NCBI RefSeq assembly: GCF_006345805.1
Contig: NC_043003.1
Location: 112,158,001 to 112,222,000, forward strand
Direction: 5' to 3'
Length of the DNA: 64,000 nucleotides
Origin: Octopus sinensis
Lineage: Eukaryota
The position numbers and the translations under genes were made by a program. Positions 12,281 through 25,329 of the stretch are shown piece by piece. The first letter of the stretch is position 1, and every line of letters begins with the position of its first letter. A model generated the notes under the pieces. That model worked only from the letters and a program-made list of their open reading frames with translations. It was not told the DNA's origin and ran no database searches.

Positions 12281-12487
12281 AAGTTGTTCCCGTCCACTCA
12301 GCTGTTTAAAATGAATAGTAGCTGTATTTCAAAGCGCCAGTCTTGTCAAACAGCCTAAGAATTGCGTTAGGGGTGCACGTGTCTGTGGAGTGCTCAACGA
12401 CTTGCACGTTAATTTCACGAGCAGGTTGTTCTTTTGATCGTATTACCTGGGACTCTTGTCGTCGCAACCGATGGAGTACTCCATAAG
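12281..12487 (+). mobile_element. 5'-truncated SINE of a third family (same as 51511-51822)
   Basis: gtccactcagctg...cacgtgtctgtgga.tgctca..cacttgcacgttaatttcacgagca matches the reverse complement of 51511-51720. Confidence 0.8.
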
Positions 12488-12526
<39 letters not shown>

Positions 12527-12601
12527 ATATATATATATTTATAAAGAGAGAGAGAGGGAGAGAGAAATATATATATATACACAGACACACACACATCTAT
12601 A

Positions 12602-12642
<41 letters not shown>

Positions 12643-12679
12643 CTAATCCAAACATGAACAGAGAGAAAATACATGAACG

Positions 12680-12775
12680 CGAAGACGTGGAATAAGTATA
12701 GCGTTATTGGACGCTCCGGAAGGAAAGAAAGAAGGAGAGTTTCACGTTTTCAGCGGAGCTCTTCATCAGAAATAT
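12680..12775 (-). mobile_element. Penelope-like pseudo-LTR fragment with a decayed hammerhead motif
   Basis: The minus strand reads CTGATGA-agagctccgct-GAAAacgt (core at plus 12763-12769). Related copies occur at 13400-13500, 17705-17870 and 27185-27290. Confidence 0.5.
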
Positions 12776-13069
12776 ACCAAAAAAAAAAGAAAAAGTTCAA
12801 AGAATGGAAGACGGAGATAGAAAACAATTTTATTTTATTGTACACGGGATGAGATATAGGAAAAATAGAACTTCAAAATGCACTGAGAATACGTTAAATA
12901 TTTTAGAATATATTTGACTATATTTTTGAATATATTTGAAGTTTCAAGCGGATTCTCGATGTGAATTGACAAATCGTATAGAATTTACAGTCTGAATTGG
13001 CAAATCGTTTCGGAATCGCGTCCCACCATGAAAAAAGATAGACCACACAGTTTTTGCTAACTCGTGAAC

Positions 13070-13318
13070 TATTATTGGAGCCTGATTGGGAAAATAATGT
13101 TATATCCACCTTATAGCCATGACCAGTACAATCAGAATACAATTTGTTTCGAAGTTTGCAAAATTGTTTAAATGGTAAACCTTTCAATAATGATAGTGAG
13201 CTGAAATCGCACTTGGTTCAGTTTTTAAGCTGACAAGGATCAGAAGTACTGTGAGCGCGGAGTGATGAAGTTGTCTGAAAGATGGCAAACAAAATGGAAA
13301 ATATGTAATTGATTAAAG

Positions 13319-13330
<12 letters not shown>
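13070..13330 (+). pseudogene. Mariner (DD34D-type) transposase C-terminal fragment
   Basis: Degenerate translation LYPPYS...NLFRSLQNCLNGKPFNNDSELKSHLVQF...RGVMKLSERWQ. Homologous to 46180-46400. Confidence 0.8.
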
Positions 13331-13358
<28 letters not shown>

Positions 13359-13394
13359 TATTTATATTACATATATAGTTGGAATTTACAGAAA

Positions 13395-14010
13395 GACAAA
13401 ACGTGAGGTGTAGAAACAGCAAGCGGGTGTATTAGATTGGCGCACGGGAAGGTTTCGAGCGCACGCTCTTCAAGAGAAAGCAACACAAGGAAATAGATAG
13501 GGAGAGAATTAAAAAACTTGTGGGGTTAGCTGTAATTTATGGCGACAGGTGGGGAAAACGTAGTTAGACATAGAGCTAGGAAGAAGGGGAGATACATTAC
13601 CGGTGATCTCAAAACGAAGTTGCATGTGCATGTGTGTATGAGAGAGTGTGTATTTATGTGCGTGTGGTCAGGGGCTTGTGACTTTGAAGACTGAATGTGT
13701 GAGTGTGTGTGCGTCTGTAATATGTGTGTGTGGATGATGGTCTAGGTGCTGGAAAGTGGTCAGTGCTTTCGTGTGCAGAGTGATTTTGTTTGGTGTTGTG
13801 TGATGTGGTATAGTGGTGTTGGCGTGTGGGGATGTGAGCGTGGAGTGCGGTGAGGATGTGGGGATATCAGTGAAGGGAGAAGGTGGGTAGAGTGAAGAGA
13901 GGAAGTAGGTGTCAGGGCAAGAGAGGAGATGTGGGTAGGTGTGAAGAGAGGAAATAGTTATCAGATGAAGAGAAGAGGGGAGTTGAGCCCATATGACGCA
14001 AAGTAGCAAA
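13395..14010. mobile_element. Penelope-like pseudo-LTR-related repeat with a GT-rich tail
   Basis: gtttcgagcgcacgctcttc (decayed hammerhead stem II on the minus strand) is followed by a GT-rich region paralleling 17705-18115. Confidence 0.45.
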
Positions 14011-14469
14011 GAGAGAAGATTAATTCCTGTTCACGACGAAACAGGAGTCCGGATGGCTCCTTTCCAAGCATAGGGAAGGCCTTCTTAGACCATTGAGAGA
14101 TAGGATTTAATAAACTTAATTATTTTATCTCACATGATACTAAATTTTACCGCTTTAAAGGCTTTCTCGAGAAGTTTTGTAATATATGCCTGATGTTATA
14201 TTCCTTCGGTATTAGAGAAATTTTTATAGCTCCACGTGGTTAATACTGTGATACCCGCTCTGTATCACATAGCTCTGACGCTATAACATACACATTTAAA
14301 TCAATATTGCCTGACCGTATTTACACGAAATTTTCGAGCCTAGTTATAGTATACATAATCCGTATAGATTATCAATCGCAAGGTTGGTGTGCTGGGACTT
14401 ACGAATTAATTAAATCTTATTGTATATATAACACCTTTCCGCCGATGGACACAAAGGGTCCTATTTTCA

Positions 14470-14620
14470 TAGGTAGCTGTATGGTAAGAAGCTTCTTTCT
14501 CAACCACATGGTTGTATTTTCAATCCCACTGCTTGACACATGGGGTAATATAGCCTATAGCATAGCGCCGACCAAAGTCTAGTGAGAGGATTTGGTAGAC
14601 GGAAACAGAAAGAAGGTATC
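14470..14620 (+). mobile_element. tRNA-derived SINE (family of 10545-10900), truncated
   Basis: gctgtatggtaagaagc head; ccgaccaaagtctagtgagaggatttggtagacggaaac body. Confidence 0.7.
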
Positions 14621-14739
14621 TCTCTCCCGCTGTCTTTGTGTGTGTTTGTGTCTATGCTTGCCCCCACCCCACATATATACACATACATCAGCCAACACAA
14701 AGTGAAGAAAAGTGGGCTACGCATTTGCTATGTACATGC

Positions 14740-14741
14740 AC

Positions 14742-14774
<33 letters not shown>

Positions 14775-14776
14775 CA

Positions 14777-14820
<44 letters not shown>

Positions 14821-14895
14821 ATATATATATACATATATTATATGCACATATCAGATTTAAACATTGTATACATATATATATATATATGTATAAAC

Positions 14896-14935
<40 letters not shown>

Positions 14936-15236
14936 ATATATATATATATATATATATATACATACATATATGTTTATATATACAGACATGTGTGCCTGTG
15001 TGTGTCTGTATGTGAGTGTGCGTGTGTACATATTTAAGGGTGTATGCATGTATATACAGACTTTCATAAAATGATAAATATATGCATAGATGTAGAAGCA
15101 CACGTATAATTACATGTATGTACACACATACACAAATGCATAAGTGTATATATTATATATATAATATATATATATATATATTATATACATATATACATAT
15201 ATATATAAATATATTTATATATATATACATATATAC

Positions 15237-15286
<50 letters not shown>

Positions 15287-15295
15287 TTATACATA

Positions 15296-15359
<64 letters not shown>

Positions 15360-15360
15360 C
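14740..15360. repeat. Long (TA)n-rich microsatellite block
   Basis: Directly visible. Confidence 0.95.
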
Positions 15361-17583
15361 TTTTGTCCTTTAGCAAGTCGCTATTAATTGAAGTATTCAC
15401 AGAAGAAAGATTATAAAGAAATGAATCATATTTCTAAGACATTTCGCCAGTTGATTTGACCAAACAAAGCAGCAATCAAATCGATAACGGATATGAATGA
15501 GGCAGACGATATTGAAAACGATACTTTGTAAAAATGAGTAACAAAAGACGACAATCATTTTTAGAAGTGAATCTTAATTATAATTGATGCGTTAGTCGGC
15601 CTTGGGTATCCAATATAAAAATAAAAGTTATATCCTTTTTTAATTTATTTTACCTTGTTTAAGTAATTTACTTAATTTTTTTTTTAATTATTATTTCGTA
15701 AAATTTCAACTTTTTTCAATCATTTCATTTCATCTCATGTATCATTTTCTTTTCAGTCATTGAATACATTACATGGATACGAAGATTTAAAAGTCAAAAT
15801 AGAGAACAAAAGATATGAAGTAGATTTTTAACTCTTTTCAATTTTCAGAGCAAAACCATTATGGAAATGATGAATTTTCATCGTTTTGCTTGATTTTTTT
15901 CTTACTTAAGCCACGTCAACAATTTCCTCTTCCGTAAAGGATTATATTTCACTTTTGCATACTAACTAGGATTAACATGTATATAGTAATTGAATATACA
16001 CTGCGTAGTACACAATTCATCGTGTAATCATTTTCTCTCCGTCTCTCTCCATCTTTCTTCCTCTGTCTGTCTGCCCTTCTCTCTCTCTCTCCCTCTCTTT
16101 TTCTCGCAACACATTTTAATGCAAAACATGTTTGGTATTTCAATACAAAATATCAGTTAAAATATCTTTAACAAAAATGGTTTGTTCATATACCTAAAAG
16201 GACAGAAAATTTAGCTAGACGAGTTTCTACAATCCTTTATACTTTGGTAAATCATTCTATCCTTCCGTTTTGTTAAAGCAATATTTGTATAGGCAAGTAT
16301 GGAATTATCATTTATATTTTGAAGCTATAATAATTCAGTTATCAAATGAAATCTATTTTCTGTTGCTATATATTAATCATGACAAATATCTAACTTAATT
16401 TGAAAAGCAATTAGAACATGTGTATTTCAGGTAGATACTAGGTAATTCTTATAGGAAAAATTACGAAATATATATTTGATACGCAGCTCTCAGATGAATT
16501 AGGTATTTTGCTTACTGAATCACAAAATCAATGCCTGAAATACCAAAAAATATAGTTAACTATAACTCTCTGCTTTCACATGCCTCAAGGTTCACTTATA
16601 TTTTGCGGACATTGGGAAGACATATCGTCTTATAAATATTCGGTGGTTGGTATCTTTAAAAATATAAAGATGCACCATTTACAATGGAGAGGTGTCGAAG
16701 TAAATAGTACAGTGTAGGTTGTGATATAGTTACAAAGGAAATTTGCGAAAGCGCTTGAGGACCGGTGCGTATCATCTCTTTGATTCAAAGGATGCACATT
16801 TAGAATTATCTTACCGAAAATGAAATGAATGGAAATGACGTTCGTTAGACACGAATATTGATTTTATTATTATTCTTATTGCTTCTTAATGACCCACATA
16901 GTAACAATATAGATGATTACCTATATTCTCATGAAGTTATACAAAAACTACTTTGTCGACCTTATTTTTAAATAACAACCTACGAACCAACGACAGTGCA
17001 TCCATAGAATCGCGGCAACTAGAAACATACCTAACAAATCACCTCGATTTTTTTAATAAGAAAAAAACGATGAATAGTATCATCGAATATATACTTAGCA
17101 CTTGAATAAAATAACTTGGGTAGTGACAGCCTGTACGCTATTTCAATTTTCCTATTACTGATCAATGAAGGGACGCAATTGGTGTGAAGAAATCAAACAA
17201 GCAATGATTGCGTTAATAGTTTCTACAAATTAACCTTGCTGTTATTGTGCCAATGCATCTTTCTACTGGACTTATTCCAATGTAGAATGTCGATAATTAT
17301 ATATCCTGATTATTGTACCAACAGTTTAGTGCGTTAGGTCCAGCACTGTTTCAAGCAATGAATAATGCGTATACACACACGCACCCACACACATACATGC
17401 ACACACACAAACATACACAGACACACATACACAAACCTTTATGTATGTATACATTTATGGACGTATAATATATATATATATATATATGATTATATGTGTA
17501 TTCAGATGTATGTATACACGTAAGAATGTATCTATGTATTTATCTATACATACATACATACATATATATATGTATATATATAT

Positions 17584-17629
<46 letters not shown>

Positions 17630-17639
17630 ATATATATAG

Positions 17640-17692
<53 letters not shown>

Positions 17693-17704
17693 TCACAAAA
17701 AAAC

Positions 17705-18115
17705 AAAAGACGAAGACAGGTGGTGTAGACAACAAACATATTATTAGTTTAACGCTCGGGAAGTGATGAAGTCTTTAACGTTTCGAGCCTACGCTCTTCC
17801 ACTTAAAGGAACACAGAAAGAAACGAGGAGAGAAAATAAAGAATGGGTAGTGTCTAGCGATCTATCATTGCAAATGCCGTACATAGTGGCCACACAGGAG
17901 AGCTACGAAGAAGGAGAGATAATAAAGTAGTGATGATCCCAAAACGAAAGTGCATGTGCGTGTGTATAAGACAGCATTAATGTGCATGTGGAAGAGGGCT
18001 GGTGAGCTTGACGTGTGCGTGTGTGCATGTGTAGGTGTGTTGATGATGATGTGGTGTTGGGAAGTGGTCGGTGCTAGTGTGTGCGTGGTGGTATCATGTG
18101 ATGTGGTGTCCTGTG
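17705..18115. mobile_element. Penelope-like pseudo-LTR-related repeat
   Basis: ttaacgtttcgagcctacgctcttcc reads on the minus strand as GAAGAGC-GTAG-GCTC-GAAACGTTAA (stem II plus palindromic stem III, core mutated). Confidence 0.5.
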
Positions 18116-18123
18116 TATATATA

Positions 18124-19030
18124 TTGGGTTGGCAAATAAGTTCCCGCCGTTTTTTTAATTAAAATTTTTTTTTAAGGTTTAATAAAAAATAACAACTAAT
18201 TATTCAGTAATGTATTCATCCTTGTTGTATAAAACTTCTTCCCAACGTTCAACAAAATTTTGAATACCTCGGAAGAAATCACGCAATTTAAACTCGAAAA
18301 ATCGATCCAACAAAGCTCGTAATTCTGCATCAGTATTGAACGAAACTCCGCGCACAGCATTGAAAGAGATCCAAAGAGGTTGAAATCCGTTGGTGCCAAA
18401 TCAGGAGAGTACTGAGGATGTGGTAGCACTTCACAGTTATGCATTTGAAAGGCTTCCTTGGTCATAGTGGTGATATGAGGGCAGGTATTTTTGTGCAGCA
18501 GAACTCCATGCTGCCGATTAGGTATTTTCTCTCGAATAGCTGTGGTGAGTCGTTCCATCTGTTGAACAGAGTTCCGCGTTGACTGTTTGATTCCGTTCCG
18601 GCAATTCGTAACGGACAATCTCTTCTTAGTTCCACCATACGCACAACATCGTTTTACGCGGATGAAAATCATGTTTCCCGCGCGGTGTCAGTTGTTTAAG
18701 TCATTCCTTACGCTGCTTCATATTGATTTACAGGCACCATTCTTCGTCGCCAGTAACGATTCGGTAAAGAAATCATTGCTTGTGTCCATGAGTTGAGCGG
18801 TGACGAACAAGCAAAGCAGCGGAGATTGTGGCTCGTTGATTTTTGTTGTCACTTAAAGCATGCGGAACCCATGACCCATACTTCTGAATCTTTTCCGTCG
18901 AGTGAAGATGTTTCTCTATAGCAGTGTGGGAGCATTCCATTTGCTCTGCTAGTTGCCTTGACGTTTGACAAGAATTTTAGTGCAAAAGTTGGTTTAATCG
19001 TGACTATTCTTAGCATAACGAGTAATATCG
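18124..19030 (-). pseudogene. Mariner transposon remnant with one TIR and a degenerate transposase
   Basis: TA|ttgggttggcaaataagttc TIR at 18124. Frame-disrupted translation includes GSWVPHALS, RIVTGDEEWC, MLCVWWN and VLPHPQYSPDLAPTDFNLFGSL. Confidence 0.88.
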
Positions 19031-20619
19031 CATCGGCTTCTATGGTAACTAGAAATGCTTGTAATCATCACGTGTAAATTTACCATTCTTTATTCAAAGC
19101 ATTTCCTTAGATCAGCAAAATTTTGGTAATAGGTGTGTCTCTAGACGCCAGTCATTTAAATGTAAGATCTTATACGTGGTGCCTATACCTGATCTAAATT
19201 CACATTGAAACTCTAATGCTACTATGCATCATATGTGTGCTCGCAGGAGATTCAACAAATGTCCACTGAATGCTTTAACAGTTACAACAAATACTGTGAA
19301 AGGCACCTCATTTGGATTTGACACCTTGTTTCTTTTACAATAAAATTAATATCGTATAACCAAGGTGGTCGGAATATCAGCCATAACATCTGTACTACGG
19401 TCCCTAATCTAAGCTGATATAACAACAATTTATAGTTTACTGAGTTTCATGATAATTTATTTTACTTCTAGTTTAATGTTATGCGTATTATCTACTCCTC
19501 CAGTAAAATGTCTCCATGGCAGTTTATTTTTTACATAATTATCTTTCGCTGAGAATGGATTTTGAAAAAGATTAGGGAAATCATTTATCGATCAAGTGTT
19601 AAATAGAGTTTTCTTACGCTACACTGAGCTCCTCAGCTATGGAGAAACAATCAATCTAGGAGAAGGAATACTTCACCATTAATATCCTCTTCCTACGTGA
19701 CCTAAGCCAGCACGAAAATTAGGCTGGTACAACTAAGATGAGGTATGTCCCATAAAAGATTCTTACTATGGAGGTAAATATGCCATGATAGTGCGCAATC
19801 TGCCGCAGGCGGATATAGCAGGCAATAATCACTCTCCATCTCTTAAGACTGCTTCGATCATTATTGATTGAGTCAGATACATCACGGGGACGCGGTGGAT
19901 TCGTAATTAATTGGTAAGGACTAAACATGTTTTTTAACAGGGATTAAATTGTTTTGGACCTTTTTTTTTTCAAAGTGAATTTAAATACCCGCGAAAAGAC
20001 TCAACCACCACACATCCGTCAGTGTCATCACATCTCTCTCTCCCTCCCTCTCTTGAACGCTGAACTACGGCGATCCATCATTTCCACAGTTTTAAAATGA
20101 TTCTCTCTAAATACATTAGGACAAATCAATTTCTGTGGTGGGTGGTGGACAGACACAGACACACTGAAATAGACAGATACATACATACATACAGATAGAC
20201 AGACAGATAGAGATACAGGCAGACAGACAAAGAGAGAGAGACACACACACACACAGAGTAAGAGAAAGAGAGAGTTTCTGTGTGCATGATATGCGTGTGA
20301 CTGTGATTGTGTTTGTTGCCACCTTCTCGTACGTAAGAGAAATTATCCATCTCCGGACAAAGAATGGGAATGCTTCTTCAAGCCAATCCTGTCATGGAAT
20401 TTGCCGAGTCGGAAAGGCACATTAAAATGTAAGTAATGGAATGTTCTAAGTAGCAATAATAACTCTACATGCCAAATATTTACACCAACATTATATGATC
20501 TGTTTTAAATTGTTAATAGCATTATTGTGTAAGTAGCCACACGTACTAATACACTCCAATATACATATATATTTATACATAGAGAGACAGACAGACAGAC
20601 AGGCAAAGAGACATACAGA

Positions 20620-20777
<158 letters not shown>

Positions 20778-20862
20778 GAAAGTTTGGGAAAGATGTATAC
20801 AGACAAAATAATTACTGATGCTGATCAAATGGAAAAGATCCGGAAAACACACACAATATACA

Positions 20863-20926
<64 letters not shown>

Positions 20927-21682
20927 CGTACATGCACATGTATATTTTTATATATATACATATACGTATAGATGTGTGGGTGTACAGGTGTGTGTATCAG
21001 AGAGAGAAATGACAGTGTGTGTGAGAGAGTGTGTGTTTGCGTGACTACACTGAAGGAGAGAGGCAGTGTGTGCGTTTCTGTGTGTGGAATGTGTATGTGT
21101 GTTAGAATGAATGCTGGTGAAATTGTATAATTCCGAGAAATGTATCAATGTGTTCAAGGGGGATACTACTCTCATATTAAAACAAAGATAAGTTGATAAG
21201 TTAAGTGTACCATACATTAATAGAGATATTTCTAGCAAACTGAGCGAAACCTCACCTAAAAATCATTAGGTTAAAAGGAAGTCAGTGTTCAAAAGAGTCG
21301 ACATCTTCATTCATGAAACCTCCGCTTTACTTGAGAGCTCAAGTCTACTGAACCATTTCAAATATGATTACATCTGGGAATAGAATAACATGACATATGC
21401 TATTATTAATTCTCACTGATCAATACCATATCACGTTTAACTCTGGTGTCGTTGGTGTTAGCTAATATTTATTATTAACTATCATTGAAGACGACAGAGT
21501 ATTGCGAAATTGTTACAACACCAAACAAGCCAACTACAAAGCCTTTGCATCGCGTTCAAAATACCTGCCAGAAATACCAGTTGAATTTTTCACAAATCTC
21601 ATCCAGTGTCTTTCAAATCATGCATGTGCTCATGACTTACATGAGGTAAACGAAAAGTGGTTACAATAATTAGAAAGGCTAA

Positions 21683-22120
21683 AGCGGTAAGCTGTCAGAA
21701 ACGATAGCACACCGGGCGAAATGCTCAAAGGTATTTCATCCGTCTTCACATCCTGAATTCAAATTCAGTCGAGTTCGACATTACTTTTCATCTATTCGGG
21801 GGAGATAAAATAGTACCAGTTGAGTGTGGGTCAATGTAATCAAATTACCCTCCAAAATTGCTGGCTTTGTGCCAAAATTTGAAATTAATATTTAGAAACG
21901 CTAAGGTGGTGAGCTGTTCGAATCGTCAGCACACCTGAGAAAATGCAAATCGGTATTAAGTACGTCTTTCGATTCTTAGGTCAAATTCCGCCGAGGTCAA
22001 TTTTTCTCTCCTCCTTTTGTGGTTGATAAAACAAGTGCCATTCCAGCACTGGGGCTGATGTAATCGATTTATCACCTTGCTCAGAACTGCTGGCATTGTA
22101 CTAAAATTTGAAATCAATAT
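21683..22120 (+). mobile_element. Two tandem, diverged tRNA-derived SINEs
   Basis: Both units read gcggt.agctg.cagaa.cg.tagcacacc.g.gaaatgc...ttcaaattc.gccgagg.c.a...aaaatttgaaat.aata. Confidence 0.8.
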
Positions 22121-22689
22121 TTAGAAAAGAAACTTTTACGTTTCAAGTGCTAAACGTTCTGAAACAACTTTAGGTATTTAACTGGTATTCATATCGTCGT
22201 CACATCAAAGCCTTGGATTAACCAACAGACTTACCTTAGGGAGATCTTAAGCATCAAAATACATTCTCTAACACGAATCACCGTTGTTCTTCAGCGAGAC
22301 AACCTATCTAATGTTCAGATACTTCTCATATGTAATTATTACTAGTATGAGCATTGATAGGTTACCTAATCAATTACGGCCAGTTGCAAGCGGTAAGCAA
22401 CCGAGATATGAACCTAAGAAAGGTTTTAAGGATATCGTCATAAACAGAGAAACACTTAAGGTTCACACTGTGGCTGTTAAAATCAAGGAGGTGACAGAAA
22501 ATTTATCTGTTTGGTTCTAATGCTTTAGAAACACAGAGAATCGAACGTTCAATCTTGAAATAAGCACTTCGTAAATGAGATGAAATACATACCTTGTTCT
22601 GAAGCAGGTTTTGCTTGCCAAAGGCAGGTTTATGGACATTCTTATGAGATCGCATAACATCATTTATTGATTGAAGCGATAGTAATGAG

Positions 22690-22754
22690 CATGAATATAA
22701 TAATAATAATAACAACAGCAACGACAACAACAACAAAAACAACAACAATACTAC

Positions 22755-22819
<65 letters not shown>

Positions 22820-23000
22820 ATAATCATAATGATAATAATAATGATAATAATAATAACGATGATGATGGTGATGATGATGATGATGATGAGGATGATGATG
22901 ATGATGATGATGACGATGATGATCATGATGATGATATGATGATGATGATGATGATGATGACGATGATGATGATGATGATGACGATGATGATGATGATCGC
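22690..23000. repeat. Compound trinucleotide microsatellite, (AAC/AAT)n grading into (GAT)n
   Basis: Directly visible. Source of the poly-I/poly-M/poly-L ORFs. Confidence 0.95.
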
Positions 23001-23289
23001 TAGGAAACAGGCATGGAGTCTTGTTAGACCAGCACGAGAGGAAAACAACATGTACACATGAATTTATTTATCTATCTTTTTACATACGTATTTCACTTGT
23101 GAATTTGCGTGGGTAATCTAGGAATGCATATAATGAGCTTCTCTGCTCTAGGTATACGGAAAACACTCGGCGGGAAATGGTAGAAAATTTAAGAAAGAAG
23201 AAAAATAATAATAATAATATATGTAATATATATGTATATACCTATAAAATAATAAATAATAATATTTATATATATACATACATATATAT

Positions 23290-23333
<44 letters not shown>

Positions 23334-24655
23334 TATACATACACACATATATGAGTACAGGACTTCCAAACGATGCAAATAAAATGAAATACGTAAACAA
23401 ACGAGGAAAACGTTTAATATATGTAAACAATGAGAAAACTGGAAAACAGGACAGGTTAACACAGAGAAAGGACCCTTCGTCAGTTGTTGGCTGTCTATCA
23501 ACTCCTCATTTCGAGCATTCGACGATAATATGTATCTTTACAGACAGTTGCTTCCATAAATTCTAGAATAAAATTTAGGATTTATGAAGGGTCGAAGTTG
23601 GGAATAAAAACTGAATGTGGAGATAGACAAGGAAGCCGAAAGGAAACAGATATGGAGTCTTGTTAGACCGGAAGGAGAGGAAAATTGTGAACGCTGGGAG
23701 AAAGGTTCTTTTTGAAAAGAGAAATGATAGAAGAGTGAGAGAAAAACACGTCCGTTCGTTAAAACATCCATGGTCACGTGAGGAAATGAAAGATGGACGA
23801 TATGTCCCCGAGTGACCAACGAGAGAGAGAGAGAGAGAGAGGAAAGGGGAGAAAGAGACAGATAGAAAACTATGGAGGTAAAGGGAGGAAAATTGAATTA
23901 GAGAAGTATGGAGGAAGAAGACGCTACAGAGTAGATAGTGGCATCAAAAAGATGGAGATAGAATTAAAAAATTACTTAGAAGTGGATGCGTCGTGTTCAA
24001 TTAAATAATAAATATGAAATAATGTGATCCTGGTTCTAATATAGAAGCGGAAGCCAACTGAGAATATGGTTATATATATATAATATAATATATATATATT
24101 ATATATATATATTATATATATATATACATATATATGTACGCACGTACTTACAACAGAGTGAGCACTTGATTGGGAAACAAGGTGGAAATAATATACCATG
24201 AATACCAGGAATACTTAATTAAAAGCAGCCGAAATATCAAACAAAAACTGCCGCCAAAGCTATTAGCCAGAATTACAGGTTCTCGTTCGTCGGACAGATT
24301 TGTTTAGAATGGAACAAAGATAAGGTTATGTGCAAAAATATATGATTAGTTTAATAGATACACGTTTGAAAATGGTCTTTTTTCATGAAGATTGCATGCA
24401 ATGAACAAATTGCGTTAAAAAACATTATCTTTTTATAGAAAATCGAAGAAAACCTTCAATTAAAAATTGCTTATAAACAGGGGAAGAGCCAGGATAAATA
24501 ATTATCTGTAAAATATTAATGAATTAATACATTAAAATCTATATCCGTTTTAAGATATTTTCGTTTGATTACATTTTTATTTAGCAGTATATATACATAC
24601 CAAACGATCTATAATATACATATATACCCTGAACATACAGACGCATGTACATAGC

Positions 24656-24694
<39 letters not shown>

Positions 24695-24822
24695 GCAATT
24701 AAGGACAACTACTTAATAAGGAAAACTTAACAAGAAATTGTCAGGTAGATAGCGTAAAAACCTCATAAGAGAAAAAATTTCGAAAATAATTATTTCTTAT
24801 TGAACATATTAATTTATATATA

Positions 24823-25132
24823 GAGGGCATAATTATACATACATGCCAGGAGGCATTATATATACCTGCCAAACGCTAAGAGGGACAATCAGTCATTTCT
24901 ACCAAAAATATTACTAATCCCACCGAATTATTTATAATACATTCAGGCCTGCTGATGATTACGTAAGTATGAAATCACTGTGATACAGGCCTATATATTT
25001 TTAAATGTCTTACTTTGAAAAATTGCATTCGGTGGGATTAGTAATATTTTTGGTAGAAATGACTGATTGTCCCTCTTAGCGTTTGGCAGGTATATATAAT
25101 GCCTCCTGGCATGTATGTATAATTATGCCCTC
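24823..25132. mobile_element. 310-bp foldback/MITE-like element with perfect 106-bp terminal inverted repeats, GAG...CTC ends and TA-repeat flanks
   Basis: 24823-24928 is the exact reverse complement of 25027-25132, with no mismatch found by eye. Identity extends into the flanking TATATATA (24815-25140). The spacer is 98 bp. Confidence 0.9.
24945..24992 (+). ncRNA. Type I hammerhead ribozyme motif (minimal), predicted cleavage AUA| after 24985
   Basis: Stem I aggcctg/caggcct (7 bp); core CTGATGA at 24952-24958; stem II t-tac[gtaa]gta-t; GAAA at 24971-24974; stem III atca[ctg]tgat; then H17=A. All core nucleotides are in consensus order. Activity is untested. Confidence 0.75.
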
Positions 25133-25175
<43 letters not shown>

Positions 25176-25329
25176 TATATATATTATATATATATACACT
25201 CAAATATGTATACGCACGCACGCATATACATATACATACCTACAATAAATACATACACATAAATATACAGAGACATATCTTCACATCATGATAAATATAT
25301 ACATTATAACCTATATCTACAAAACTATT

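Noticed and set aside
24947-24962. 16-nt micro-exon (cAG|GCCTGCTGATGATTAC|GTAAGT)
   Set aside because: The apparent donor coincides with the GUAA loop of hammerhead stem II and the acceptor lacks a pyrimidine tract. The ribozyme reading explains the sequence better.
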